Assembly (NCBI GenBank): GCA_963793425.1
Contig: CAWCAG010000009.1
Coordinates: 512,001-576,000 of the forward strand
Source of the DNA: an uncultured cyanobacterium
GTDB taxonomy: Bacteria; Cyanobacteriota; Cyanobacteriia; Cyanobacteriales; CAWCAG01
Direction: 5' to 3'
Length of the DNA stretch: 64,000 nt
Shown here: positions 37,397 through 51,974 of the stretch, one piece after another
Position numbering within the stretch: the stretch's first letter is position 1
Layout: every line of letters starts with the position of its first letter
Translations under genes and position numbers: made by a program
The notes under the pieces: generated by a model
Seen by the model: only the letters and a program-made list of their open reading frames with translations
Told to the model about the DNA's origin: nothing
Database searches by the model: none

Positions 37397-39184
37397 TTAA
37401 ATCTGAAAATTTTGCTGTAGAGGAATTTTAATCACAAATTCTGTTCCTTTACCTAAATGGGAATTACAATATAATTTACCACGATGGGTTTCGGAAATAA
37501 TTTGGTAACTAATGGCTAAGCCTAATCCCGTTCCTTTGCCTACTTGTTTAGTGGTAAAGAAAGGATCAAATAACTTGGTTTGTAATTCTTCTTTAATTCC
37601 TGCCCCATTGTCAGCAATAGTGATAATAGCCCATTGGGGATTATAGTTTGTCCCAATAGTAATAGTTGGTTGCCAATTTTCTCTTTGCTCATAAAGAGGA
37701 AACTTAGCCTTAAGTTTTGACAACTCTTCTAAGGCATCAATGGCATTAGTAAGAAGATTCATAAACACCTGATTGAGCTGTCCAAGATAACATTCAACTA
37801 AAGTTTTTTCTATCCCATAGTTTTTAACTACTTTAACTCCAGGGAAACTAGCTTGTGGTTTAAGGCGACTACAGAGAATCATTAAAGTATTATCAATTCC
37901 CTCTTCAATATTCACCTTTTTCATTACTGTTTGTTCCCGGCGAGAAAAACTGCGTAAAGAAAGCACGATTTCTCGAATTCGTTCTGCTCCCATATACATA
38001 GAATCTAAAACTTTAGGTAAATCCTGAACTAGAAAATCGAGTTCAATTTTTTCAGTAAACTCTTGAACTTCTCTATGGGGTTCAGGATAATGTTTTTGAT
38101 ATAAACCAAGAAGTTTTAGTACATCTTTGGTATATTCTTGAGCAGGTACTAAATTACCATAAATGAAATTAACTGGGTTATTAATTTCATGGCCAACTCC
38201 AGCAACTAACTGTCCTAAACTAGACATTTTTTCTGTTTGTACTAATTTAGTTTGTGTTCGTCCTAACTGGTATAAAGTGATTTCTAATTCTCTAGTTTTT
38301 TGGCGTAGTTCAGTTTCTGATTTTCGGAGTCTTTCATTAGCATGAGAAAGTTCTGAAGTCCTTTCTTCAACTATTTTCTCTAATTCTAGAGCTAAGTTGT
38401 GCAAATCCTGCTTCTTTTCCTTTCTATCGCCTTTTGTAATATTACTGCTAATACTAACCAGGGCTTCCATGTCGCATTTAGCAGAAAAAACAGAGGATTT
38501 TATACTATTAGAAAAGCTATATTTACTGTCAGAATTATCTAAGCTTTCCTGATGCTGCTTAGTTGCTTGGCTTTGAATAAGTTTCCAGTCTTGGTTGCGA
38601 AATTCAGCTATTGTTTCTGGAGTAGATGACTCTCTAGCTCTCAAGGAAGGTAAATAAGCTTCTTGATTACAGTCTAGACAAGTCTCTTTTTCTTGTGTCT
38701 GAAAAACTGAATTAGGTAGAGAATTGATTAAACAAAACAAAAGTGATCTTTCTGTTTGTAGTTCCTGCTTCTCCAAAACATAATTGTCATCTTTCAGTAG
38801 TTGTGATGAAGCAAAAGAAGCAAGAATTTTTGGTAAGAAAGGAAAAAACAGGAAAGGGAAAACCAACACAGTAGCAGCAGCATGAATAGCTTTTGCCAGT
38901 CCTAAAATCCAGTAAACAGGATACCAAATAGCTATAACTTCTACTAAGTTTTGAGTACCACAAGAGGCAAAAATAATAAATGCACCAGTTAGTAAACTTG
39001 AAGCTTGGCTAGGTAAGTTTTTTTTATTTTGAGTAAAATAAACAATAGCAAAAGCAGCAAAGTAATAGGAGAGTATAATTAGAGTTCCAGAGATAAGGTG
39101 TAATCCAAGTAATCCTGGTTTGCCAAAGAGATATTTGCTAAAGAAAAAAAAATTTGCTGAAACGGCCGTTCTTAATGCTATCAT
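37397..39184 (-). CDS. Sensor histidine kinase with degenerate ethylene-binding-like TM domain and degenerate PAS
   Basis: H-box LVAGVGHEINNP, N-box QVFMNLLTNAIDA, DNGAGI, FDPFFTTK and GTGLGL; three N-terminal TM helices. Confidence 0.9.
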   Translation of the reverse strand: MIALRTAVSANFFFFSKYLFGKPGLLGLHLISGTLIILSYYFAAFAIVYFTQNKKNLPSQASSLLTGAFIIFASCGTQNLVEVIAIWYPVYWILGLAKAIHAAATVLVFPFLFFPFLPKILASFASSQLLKDDNYVLEKQELQTERSLLFCLINSLPNSVFQTQEKETCLDCNQEAYLPSLRARESSTPETIAEFRNQDWKLIQSQATKQHQESLDNSDSKYSFSNSIKSSVFSAKCDMEALVSISSNITKGDRKEKKQDLHNLALELEKIVEERTSELSHANERLRKSETELRQKTRELEITLYQLGRTQTKLVQTEKMSSLGQLVAGVGHEINNPVNFIYGNLVPAQEYTKDVLKLLGLYQKHYPEPHREVQEFTEKIELDFLVQDLPKVLDSMYMGAERIREIVLSLRSFSRREQTVMKKVNIEEGIDNTLMILCSRLKPQASFPGVKVVKNYGIEKTLVECYLGQLNQVFMNLLTNAIDALEELSKLKAKFPLYEQRENWQPTITIGTNYNPQWAIITIADNGAGIKEELQTKLFDPFFTTKQVGKGTGLGLAISYQIISETHRGKLYCNSHLGKGTEFVIKIPLQQNFQI

Positions 39185-39418
39185 TTTATGGTTGCGGTTT
39201 TCATGAGCTTTTTATTCAGTTTTTGTGTAGTAGATTCCCCAGTGGGAGTAATTAAAAAAATCTAATATCTTATAGTGCTATTAATTATAGTCGGTTAATT
39301 AGACCTTTAGTATTAGTTCAATTAATCCATACTATTAGATTTGCAAATATATAATCCCTTTCAAAGGAAAGTAGTTACTATTATCTGTTCTCTACTGCAA
39401 CTTATTACCTATTACTTA

Positions 39419-41488
39419 CTAATGAGGTTCCCCAAACAAAATCATAGAACAGGTAAGTTTAGGAATAATCTTAGTAGTGATATCGCTGACGGCTAGTCCT
39501 CCTGCGGTACGGCGGCGTATAGAGCGTAAAATCACCAAATCGTAAGAATGGGTTGCTTTAATGATAGCCTTAGCTACATCGTCTCGGCGTAAAGTTTCAA
39601 TAACCAAATCAACTTCAAATTGATTAGATGTAAGGATTTTAGATAGTTCTGACTCAAACTCATCAACTTGCTGTTGGGGAGTCTTGCGATCGCATATATG
39701 CAGTAAAGTGATTTTAGCCTGATTAGTATCAGCGAATAATTGAGCAAACTTAACAATATGCAAAGCTTGAGGCGTGAGGTTTTTGATCGGTACCAAGACA
39801 CTGTGAATATCAATGGGTTCTTCCAACAGGTGCATCACGGCTACCGGACAATGGGCAGCCCAAAAAACGTTATCAATAAGATTACCAAATAAGCGAGCTT
39901 GCAAACTCCTTGTCGGACTCCAACCCATAATAATAATATCAGCATCTTGTTCTCTAGCTGCGCGGCTAATACCCTGTGCCGTATCTTCATCAATACGAAT
40001 TGCTGGCTTAGCTTCTACCCCAAACTCTTTACTCACTTCCAGGGATCGCTGGAGTAACTTCTTACTTTGCTTCAAAATAGCATTTAATTCCGGTTCATCC
40101 ATAGTGACACGGGCTTTAGCTACAGACAAAGGAACTATAATACCTGACTCACGACGGGCTAATAAGGCTCCCATCTCAATTAAATTCCTTTCCGTATGGG
40201 GATTATAAACTGGAACTAAGACAGTAAAAAGACTATCTTCTTCAAGCTGCACAGACAAAGAAGTTTTCGTTGTTCCCCAACTTTCATATTCTGTTTGAAG
40301 AGGTGCTTTTGGTGGCGATATTTTTCTAGCATACTTGGCTGTTATAACTGGGCCGAGAATTGATGTTACTAGCATCAAAACGATCACAATATTAAACACT
40401 GAATCTTCAATTAAACCAGCCTCTTTAGCTGCCAGGGCTGCTGCTAAGGTAGCAGCCACTTGGGGTAAAGATAAAGACCACATGGTCAAAGTTTCATCCC
40501 AACTGTAGTGATAGAGAACTTTGGTTACCAAAGCAGCCAAAAATTTGCTACTAATTAAGGCTCCAACAATTGCTAAAGTCATCACTAGGTTAGAAGTCAA
40601 AGAATCTACTAAACCAGCTACATCAAGAAGTAGCCCCATACCAACGAAGAAAAAAGGAATAAATAAAGTACTGCCCACAAACTCTACTTTTTCTTCAACT
40701 GGGCTTCTACCTACCACATCATTAACAGCCAAACCTGCTAAAAAAGCCCCGACAATTTTATCTACTTGAATGAGTTGCGCCCCCACCGCAGCTAAAAATA
40801 CAGCTAAAAGAACAAACAAAAACTGATTACTTTCATCTTCTCCGGTACGACGAAAATATTCCTTACCTGCCCAATCGAAACCAAACAGGACAATTACTGA
40901 GTAAATAGCTAAAGCCCCTAACTGCATAACTAGACTAGTTGTTGAAAAATCGCCCCCATGAATAGATATACAAATAGCCAAAACTAAAAGGGCAGCAATA
41001 TCAGTAAAAATTGTTGCTCCGATAGTAACAGTAACTGCTTCATTATTTGCCACCCCCAAACGATTCACAATGGGATAACCCAAAAGAGTATGAGAAGCAA
41101 GTAAGGAACCCACTAAAATCGAAGCATTGAAGCTTAAACCAAACAACTGGCCTACGAAAGTACCAAAAATTAGGGGGATCAAAAAGGTAGCTATGCCAAA
41201 ACATAAAGAACGATTTTTTGTTTTGCGGAAATCTTCTAAATCAATCTCTAAACCAGCAACAAACATCAGATAGATTTTGCCTATATCCGATAGCAACTTC
41301 ATTGTCTCTGATTCAGCATTGAGTAAACCTAATCCACTAGGGCCAAGACAAACTCCAGCCACTAGCAACCCTACTAACCCAGGAAGACGCAACTTTTCAA
41401 AAACCGGAGGTACAGTTAATATTACTAAAAGAAGTATGGTAAAGCCGACAATAGGGCTATTTGGGATTAGCTTAAGGATTTGTTCCAT
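39419..41488 (-). CDS. CPA2 cation:proton antiporter with C-terminal USP domains (NhaS5-like)
   Basis: LPGLVGL, LMFVAGLE, ATIFTD and GAFLAGL motifs; C-terminal USP-like IIIMGW...AHCPVAV. Confidence 0.9.
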   Translation of the reverse strand: MEQILKLIPNSPIVGFTILLLVILTVPPVFEKLRLPGLVGLLVAGVCLGPSGLGLLNAESETMKLLSDIGKIYLMFVAGLEIDLEDFRKTKNRSLCFGIATFLIPLIFGTFVGQLFGLSFNASILVGSLLASHTLLGYPIVNRLGVANNEAVTVTIGATIFTDIAALLVLAICISIHGGDFSTTSLVMQLGALAIYSVIVLFGFDWAGKEYFRRTGEDESNQFLFVLLAVFLAAVGAQLIQVDKIVGAFLAGLAVNDVVGRSPVEEKVEFVGSTLFIPFFFVGMGLLLDVAGLVDSLTSNLVMTLAIVGALISSKFLAALVTKVLYHYSWDETLTMWSLSLPQVAATLAAALAAKEAGLIEDSVFNIVIVLMLVTSILGPVITAKYARKISPPKAPLQTEYESWGTTKTSLSVQLEEDSLFTVLVPVYNPHTERNLIEMGALLARRESGIIVPLSVAKARVTMDEPELNAILKQSKKLLQRSLEVSKEFGVEAKPAIRIDEDTAQGISRAAREQDADIIIMGWSPTRSLQARLFGNLIDNVFWAAHCPVAVMHLLEEPIDIHSVLVPIKNLTPQALHIVKFAQLFADTNQAKITLLHICDRKTPQQQVDEFESELSKILTSNQFEVDLVIETLRRDDVAKAIIKATHSYDLVILRSIRRRTAGGLAVSDITTKIIPKLTCSMILFGEPH

Positions 41489-41607
41489 ACTAAATCAGTT
41501 TTCATCAAGAAGAATAAAAAGAGGTAAATATTATTCTAAATCTATTTAAAAATTTAGTTCTTGAGAAGCGGGATCTAGAGGCTAATTGTTGCTAGAATTA
41601 ATCCAGC

Positions 41608-41636
41608 AAAAAACCGCCCCCACAGAGGGGGACGGT
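41608..41636 (-). terminator. Strong intrinsic terminator
   Basis: ACCGTCCCCC-TCTGT-GGGGGCGGT followed by a T tract on the minus strand. Confidence 0.85.
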
Positions 41637-41712
41637 AAGAACATCCAAGGTCTTATACATACTTTCTTTCAACAGAGAAATCCGGATTTTCTGGAAATCC
41701 CCTGTTTTTGTT
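41608..41712 (-). ncRNA. Candidate ~105-nt small RNA (or structured 3'UTR)
   Basis: -10-like TAAACT at 41723-41718, 5' hairpin, A-rich linker and terminator hairpin. Confidence 0.35.
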
Positions 41713-41735
41713 ACAAAAGTTTATTAAAATCCCTT

Positions 41736-42164
41736 CTAAGCTGGCTGTTGTACAGGAGATAAATACTGGGATATCTTGTTTTTTAAATCATTGAGTAAAT
41801 AAGGTTTACGTAGATAATCATCACAATTTGCTTGTATAAACCCAGTACTATCTTGTTCCATAGCTAAAGCAGTTACAGCAATAATCGGGATATGGCTAGT
41901 ATTTTGGTTCTGTTTTAGCTTATGAATTAACTCAACTTCGTTAATCCCTGATAAAACAATATCCAATAAAATTAGCTCAGGCTGATATTTCCTAGCTAGG
42001 CTCAAAGCCGTGGAGGCATTAACAGCGGTAATAAAAGTATAGTTAAAAACTATCAAAGCATAGGAAATAAGCAAAAGATTATCTTGATTATCTTCCACTA
42101 CTAAAATAAGGGGAGGCTTCTTTTCCCATGGAGAAAAGGAATTATTTGTTTGGTTAAGATCCAT
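41736..42164 (-). CDS. Single-domain response regulator (CheY/DivK-like)
   Basis: ILVVEDN, LILLDI, IIAVTA and YLRKPY motifs; ATG at 42164 chosen over the upstream TTG. Confidence 0.88.
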   Translation of the reverse strand: MDLNQTNNSFSPWEKKPPLILVVEDNQDNLLLISYALIVFNYTFITAVNASTALSLARKYQPELILLDIVLSGINEVELIHKLKQNQNTSHIPIIAVTALAMEQDSTGFIQANCDDYLRKPYLLNDLKNKISQYLSPVQQPA

Positions 42165-42339
42165 GCTTATTTGATGGTAGTCATTAGCTGCTGACCTTAG
42201 ATATAACTTCAATATTACAACATAAAAAAAGATAAAATTATAAGAAATTTTACTACTATTCAATCTCTACAGCTTGAGCATTCTAGCTTCTGTTGATATT
42301 TATTGAGGTCACGTTTACAGCAGCTCCGAAACTTGATTA

Positions 42340-43674
42340 TTAACCTAATTGTATTCCCCGAATTGAATAATCCAACAATTCCATCGGGTGCATTAACTCT
42401 ATCTCTTTTCCCTGCAAATCGAGGTGTTTTTTAATTTGTAAAGAACAACCAGGATTAGCAGAAGCAATCAACTTCGCACCAGTATTAACTAGATTAGCTA
42501 CTTTTTGCTCCCCTAATTCATCAGCTACTTCTGGTTGAAGCAGATTATAGACTCCGGCACTGCCACAACACAAAGCTGCATCAAGTGGCTCTTTCAGCTT
42601 TACTCCCGGAATTTGTTTTAACAACTGACGGGGTTGCAAGCTAATTTTTTGCCCATGCAACAGATGACAAGCATCTTGGTAAACTAGACTTAACTCTCCA
42701 TTGGTTAAAGGATGCAGTTTCGCTGTTAAACCTACTTCTGCTAAAAATTCCTGTACATCTTTTACTTTAGCCACAAACTCCTGAGCTTTTTGTTGATATT
42801 GTGGGTCTTCTGCTAAAATATGGTCGTATTCTTTCAAAGTATGACCACAACCGGCGGCGTTAATAATTACAGCATCAAGTTCCTCATCCGCAAAACTATC
42901 AATCATTTGTCTTGCTAGAGTTTGTGCTTGAGCCTCTTGCCCTTGGTGGGCAGGTAAAGCTGCACAACAGCCTTGCTTAGAGGGAATTACTACCTCACAG
43001 CCATTAGCTGTTAATACTCTTACCGTTGCAGCATTAACCGGAGAGAAAAACAAACGCTGTACACAACCAAGAATCATACCAACTCGGTAACGCTTTTTCC
43101 CTTGGGCAGGGATAATCTCTGGTAAATTATCTTGAAAAGAATCTAAAGTAATTGTGGGTAAAATCGACTCCATAGCCCCTAAACGAGGTGCTAGCGGTTT
43201 AAGAAAATTAGTAGCGCGAACAAAATTTTGTAAACCAGATTGCTGATACAAATACAAGGGGGCAAGTAAAAAGCGTAAACGCTGCGGATAGGGAAAAAGA
43301 TTAAAAATTAGCTTCCTAATTACTTTGTCTGGCAAACTGCGGGGTTGATTTCTTTCCACTTGAGGGCGAGTAGCCGTAATTAATTTGCCATACTCTACCC
43401 CGGAAGGACAAGTAGAAACACAAGCCAAACATCCTAAGCAAGAATCAAAATGTTGAGAAGTGGCTTCGTTGAGTTTGGCTTGATCTTTATTGATTGCATC
43501 CATCAGATAAATTCTCCCTCGCGGAGAATCCATTTCCTTACCAATGACGCGATAACTAGGACAGGTAGCAAGGCAAAATCCACAGTGAACGCAGCTATCG
43601 ATTAATTCTTGCTTAGGAGGATTTTTAACATCAAAACCGGAGGATGTTGCTGGAGAAGTGTTAGGAGTTTGCAT
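42340..43674 (-). CDS. glcF: Glycolate oxidase iron-sulfur subunit
   Basis: CVHCGFCLATCP, CLGCLACVSTCP and two CCG domains. Confidence 0.92.
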   Translation of the reverse strand: MQTPNTSPATSSGFDVKNPPKQELIDSCVHCGFCLATCPSYRVIGKEMDSPRGRIYLMDAINKDQAKLNEATSQHFDSCLGCLACVSTCPSGVEYGKLITATRPQVERNQPRSLPDKVIRKLIFNLFPYPQRLRFLLAPLYLYQQSGLQNFVRATNFLKPLAPRLGAMESILPTITLDSFQDNLPEIIPAQGKKRYRVGMILGCVQRLFFSPVNAATVRVLTANGCEVVIPSKQGCCAALPAHQGQEAQAQTLARQMIDSFADEELDAVIINAAGCGHTLKEYDHILAEDPQYQQKAQEFVAKVKDVQEFLAEVGLTAKLHPLTNGELSLVYQDACHLLHGQKISLQPRQLLKQIPGVKLKEPLDAALCCGSAGVYNLLQPEVADELGEQKVANLVNTGAKLIASANPGCSLQIKKHLDLQGKEIELMHPMELLDYSIRGIQLG

Positions 43675-43772
43675 AATTAGTAATCAGGTATTGTTTATAG
43701 TATTCAACATAATTTGTGAGATAGAAAAAATGATAATCTAAGCAAGTTCGAGCATTCCCAGAACAATATCCC

Positions 43773-44708
43773 ATGACTAACACCTACTCTGTCACCGTAA
43801 TAGTCCCTGCCACCACCGCCAACCTAGGTCCTGGTTTTGACTGCCTCGGTGCTGCTTTAAACTTATATAATCAATTTAAATTTACTAAGTTAGATAAATC
43901 TTCCTCAATTCCTGTAGAAATTATTGTTAAAGGGAAAGAAGCAGATAAAGTCAGTACTAATACCAGTAACTTAGTTTACCAGTCTTTCCTACAACTATAT
44001 CAACACCTTAAAAAACAACCCCCGGCCATTCAAATTGAGATATCCATGCAAGTCCCCTTAGCCAGAGGGTTAGGAAGCTCTGCCACAGCCATAATTGGAG
44101 GCTTAATGGGAGCTAATGAAATAGCAGGAAAAGCCTTGCAATTATCTCAATTAAGAGATTTAGCAATCACCATTGAAGGACATCCTGATAATGTCGTACC
44201 TGCTTTGCTTGGTAATTGTCAATTATCTACCAAAAATGAGCAAGGAGATTGGTCAATTTGTCAACTACCTTGGCATCAAGATATTATCTCTGTCGTCGCC
44301 ATTCCCGACTTTGAACTATCTACAGAAGAAGCAAGAAAAGTTCTTCCGCCTCAAATCAGTTATACCGATGCAATATTCAATATCTCCCGCTTAGGATTAT
44401 TAATTAGGGGGTTTGAGACAGGAAAAGAAGACTGGCTCAAGGTTGGAATGGCTGATAAGCTGCACCAACCCTACCGAAAAAGTTTAATTTGCGGTTATGA
44501 ATCTGTAAAATTTGCTGCTTTACGTGCAGGTGCTTACGGAACAGTGATTAGTGGTGCAGGGCCAACTTTACTTTCATTGACAAACTCCGAAAGGGCAGGA
44601 AGTGTAGTTAGCGCAATGGCTGAAGCTTGGGAAACACAAGGAATTCAAGCCGATGTTAGAGTTTTAAGTATTGATGGAGTAGGAACGGAAATAGTAAAAA
44701 CAAAATAA
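43773..44708 (+). CDS. thrB: Homoserine kinase
   Basis: PATTANLGPGFD, PLARGLGSSA, EGHPDN, LHQPYR and ISGAGPT motifs. Confidence 0.97.
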   Translation: MTNTYSVTVIVPATTANLGPGFDCLGAALNLYNQFKFTKLDKSSSIPVEIIVKGKEADKVSTNTSNLVYQSFLQLYQHLKKQPPAIQIEISMQVPLARGLGSSATAIIGGLMGANEIAGKALQLSQLRDLAITIEGHPDNVVPALLGNCQLSTKNEQGDWSICQLPWHQDIISVVAIPDFELSTEEARKVLPPQISYTDAIFNISRLGLLIRGFETGKEDWLKVGMADKLHQPYRKSLICGYESVKFAALRAGAYGTVISGAGPTLLSLTNSERAGSVVSAMAEAWETQGIQADVRVLSIDGVGTEIVKTK

Positions 44709-44739
44709 GGCTCTCCTTAAATTCAGAAGAGCCTTATTT
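44703..44739. terminator. Bidirectional terminator between thrB and the rRNA operon
   Basis: AAATAAGGCTCT/AGAGCCTTATTT inverted repeat. Confidence 0.65.
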
Positions 44740-44752
44740 ATTCAAAAAAAGA

Positions 44753-44872
44753 GCCTGGCGAAGAGCTATTGTCCCAGGAGGCAACCCTCAAAGTATCGTC
44801 GCCGCAACAGAGTTTCACAGTCGAGTTCGGGATGGAATCGAAGTGGAGCCACTGCACTAAATACACCAAGCA
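44753..44872 (-). rRNA. rrf: 5S rRNA
   Basis: Reverse complement GCTTGGTG...CCATCCCGAACTCG..GTGAAAC...CGCCAGGC; ends approximate. Confidence 0.95.
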
Positions 44873-44934
44873 AGAAATGGAAATGCTGTGTAGAGAAGCA
44901 AAACCCTCAAGACTGCAAAGAAACAAGTAGAAGA

Positions 44935-47771
<2,837 letters not shown>

Positions 47772-47880
47772 TTGTAGCTTGAAATTTGAAGATACGTTAT
47801 GTAAATACTTTCTGTTTTTAGCAAACAGGGTATTTACTTACTACCTCTATTCTTTCTGCTTTCTACCTGTTTCTTATGCA

Positions 47881-47957
47881 GTTTTCAAGGTTCTAACTGG
47901 ATAGATTTATCCAGCAGGCTCTCTATGCTCAGATACTGAGTATTAGACAAGTTGCTG
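47881..47957 (-). promoter_or_regulatory. ITS antitermination boxB-boxA
   Basis: CAGCA...TGCTG boxB stem (47912-47957) and GAACCTTGAAAAC boxA (47893-47881). Confidence 0.75.
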
Positions 47958-47980
47958 AATTAAGCTTAATCCTTCTTTAT

Positions 47981-48056
47981 TGGTGGAGGTAAGCGGACTT
48001 GAACCGCTGACATCCTGCTTGCAAAGCAGGCGCTCTACCAACTGAGCTATACCCCC
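47981..48056 (-). tRNA. trnA: tRNA-Ala(UGC), CCA encoded
   Basis: GGGGGTATAGCTCAGTTGGTAGAGCGCCTGCTTTGCAAGCAGG...TCCACCA. Confidence 0.97.
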
Positions 48057-48068
48057 AATTCAAATTGG

Positions 48069-48145
<77 letters not shown>

Positions 48146-48270
48146 TTTGTTTAGTTCACCTGAACTCTAGTTTGAAAGCTTTACTACGCCCATTTCCTCC
48201 GAACGACCTTGGGATTGTTTTCAATCTCTTAATAACAATTGGGTTAAGAGCTGAAAACTGGTCTCCCTAT

Positions 48271-49758
<1,488 letters not shown>

Positions 49759-49967
49759 GTGGTTTGAGTTCTTTAGCTCTTTTTCGCAACTGCAAACTAA
49801 ATAGCTTGAGTTACTGTTTTATTATTTCTTTGACGAAGGTTGTTCGCAATCTATTTAAGCTCTCTTCAAAGCTTAATAGTTACTTGGTTTCGTATTACTT
49901 TCAAACTATTGTTTTTTCCAGGTGCTGGCGCTGAAAGAAGCGTGCCTCTCTCAACCGCGCATTTACC

Positions 49968-49996
49968 AATATACTCACCCTTTTATTGTTTGTCAA
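49968..49996 (-). promoter_or_regulatory. rRNA operon promoter
   Basis: TTGACA-17 nt-TATATT about 210 nt upstream of 16S. Confidence 0.8.
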
Positions 49997-50100
49997 TACT
50001 TCTGAAGAAAATAATTCGGATACCTTATACCGAAACGGACTGTACTCTTCTGGACAAGAGACTTTCAGGATTTGAAAAAAGGTGAGTTCATCTTCATACT

Positions 50101-50955
50101 TTATTCTTTCTCAGCCGATAAACGATTTAATTCTGACTGCATGGTTGTCTCTACCAAGTTGTAGCATTCATCGACATAAGTACGATTACGAGCGGATTCT
50201 CTACCATAGTGCTTGAAGACGATCGGAGAGCAAATACGGGTGTGGATTTTGGCTGGCAAGGGAATATTGGGTAGAGGACCAATAGATAATCCCCACGGTA
50301 GCCCTAAATAAATAGGAAAAACTTCTGGATCGATCCCCAAAATCCAAGGCAGACCCAACTGATGTAATTTTTCTACCTGTTTGTAGAAATCCCCAAGTAT
50401 AAAGAGGGTATCGTGAGCGCCTATAGAAATAGCGGGTATGATGGCAACTTCTTCTCGCAGTGCTAGCTTAATGAAGGCTTTGCGCCCAGCAAAATTGATT
50501 TTATTTCTCTGACTGTAGGGACGGAAGAGATCCTGAGCGCCTCCTGGATAGACTAGTACGCTAGCATCTTTCTTCAATGCAGCGATCGCCATTTGAGGAT
50601 GAGCGATTATTGCTCCAGTTTTAGCAGCCAGTTGGGTAACTCCTGGATAAACCTGCCAAGCAATAGGGTGCATTAATCCATAAATGAGACGTTTTGTACC
50701 AAAGCGGCAGAACCAGTCATACATCATCATCATCATGTCCGGAGAAGCCAAGCCGCCATTGTGGGAACCAACGAACAAGAATTTACCTTGGTTGGGAATA
50801 TTTTCCCAGCCATCAGTTTCTACTCGAAAGTAGTAACGATAAAACCATTCCCAAAAAGGCATTAAAGAAGCAATTACTTGGGAATCTCTTTGATCTAAAG
50901 ACCAGCCAGGACTACTTTTAGTTACTTTCTGGCGCGAATTTTTTTTGTTTGTCAC
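50101..50955 (-). CDS. DGAT2-like acyltransferase (Slr2103-like; plastoquinol/neutral-lipid acyltransferase)
   Basis: GWSLDQRD, VGSHNGGLASPD, VYPGG and FPIYLGLPWG..IGPLPN resemble Synechocystis Slr2103 as recalled. Confidence 0.8.
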   Translation of the reverse strand: MTNKKNSRQKVTKSSPGWSLDQRDSQVIASLMPFWEWFYRYYFRVETDGWENIPNQGKFLFVGSHNGGLASPDMMMMMYDWFCRFGTKRLIYGLMHPIAWQVYPGVTQLAAKTGAIIAHPQMAIAALKKDASVLVYPGGAQDLFRPYSQRNKINFAGRKAFIKLALREEVAIIPAISIGAHDTLFILGDFYKQVEKLHQLGLPWILGIDPEVFPIYLGLPWGLSIGPLPNIPLPAKIHTRICSPIVFKHYGRESARNRTYVDECYNLVETTMQSELNRLSAEKE

Positions 50956-50983
50956 TGAAGTAATTAATCTCGCTATAACTCAA

Positions 50984-51883
50984 CTAAACAGACTTAGGCT
51001 GCAAATCATCTATTAGCTTGGCTAAGTCTTCTTCAGTGGCATGATAAACTTCCCCACAGAAATGGCAAGTAGCTTCTGCACCACTATCTTTTTCTATCAT
51101 GTCCTGAAGTTCTTCAACTCCCAACATTTTTAGAGTGCCTAGAACTCTCTTGAAAGAACAACGGCAGCTAAAATGTACCATCTGTACTTCTGGGAATATT
51201 TTTAGCCCCATATCTCCTAATAAATCTTGGAAAATTTCTGGTATGGTTTTGCCCATCTTTAGCAAGGGCGTGAAACCAGAAAGCTGGGAAAATCGAGATT
51301 CTAGTTGAGCAACCAACTCTTCGTCTCTAGCGGCTTTAGGCATCACTTGCAAAAGTATTCCTCCAGAAGCTGTAGCTCCTTGGGCGTTGACAAAGACTCC
51401 TACTAAAAGCGCAGAAGGGGTTTGTTCAGAACTTACTAAATAGTGAGTAATATCATCACCAATTTCACCAGAAACTAGCTCTACAGTACTGGAGTAAGGG
51501 TAGCCATAACCAACATCACGTACTACATAAAGGTAGCCTTCTTTGCCGACAGCACCACCAACATCAAGCTTACCTTTGTGGTTAGGTGGTAACTCGATTT
51601 TTGGGTTATCTACGTAGCCTCGCACTGTACCATCTAATCCAGCATCGACTAAAATTCCTCCTAATGGCCCATTACTTTTTATACGAATGTTAACCCTAGA
51701 ACCTTCTCGCTTCATGCTGGAGGCAAGTAAAAGTCCAGCAGACATAGTTCGTCCTAAAGCTGCCGTCGCAACATTGGAAAGTTGATGCCGTCTCCTAGCT
51801 TTGTTGGTAAGGCTGGTGGCAATTACACCAACAGCCCTTATGCCCCCATCTGCCGCAGTAGCCCGAATTAATTGATCTGCCAT
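50984..51883 (-). CDS. hslO: Hsp33 redox-regulated chaperone
   Basis: AALGRT, SEQTPS and the CxC...CxxC zinc centre (CRCS, CHFC). Confidence 0.96.
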   Translation of the reverse strand: MADQLIRATAADGGIRAVGVIATSLTNKARRRHQLSNVATAALGRTMSAGLLLASSMKREGSRVNIRIKSNGPLGGILVDAGLDGTVRGYVDNPKIELPPNHKGKLDVGGAVGKEGYLYVVRDVGYGYPYSSTVELVSGEIGDDITHYLVSSEQTPSALLVGVFVNAQGATASGGILLQVMPKAARDEELVAQLESRFSQLSGFTPLLKMGKTIPEIFQDLLGDMGLKIFPEVQMVHFSCRCSFKRVLGTLKMLGVEELQDMIEKDSGAEATCHFCGEVYHATEEDLAKLIDDLQPKSV

Positions 51884-51940
51884 TACATTTTTAAATATAT
51901 CTTTGCTTCTATTTTAAGACGATATGCAAAGAAATATGAA

Positions 51941-51967
51941 GTAGAGACGTCATCCCACCGTCTCTAC
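51941..51967. repeat. GTAG-type REP/SDR palindrome GTAGAGACG-N9-CGTCTCTAC
   Basis: Perfect 9-bp stem just 3' of prs. Confidence 0.7.
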
Positions 51968-51974
51968 TCCTCAG

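Noticed and set aside
42165..42263. 33-aa N-terminal extension of the response regulator
   Set aside because: AT-rich sequence from a TTG start; the ATG at 42164 fits the receiver domain better.
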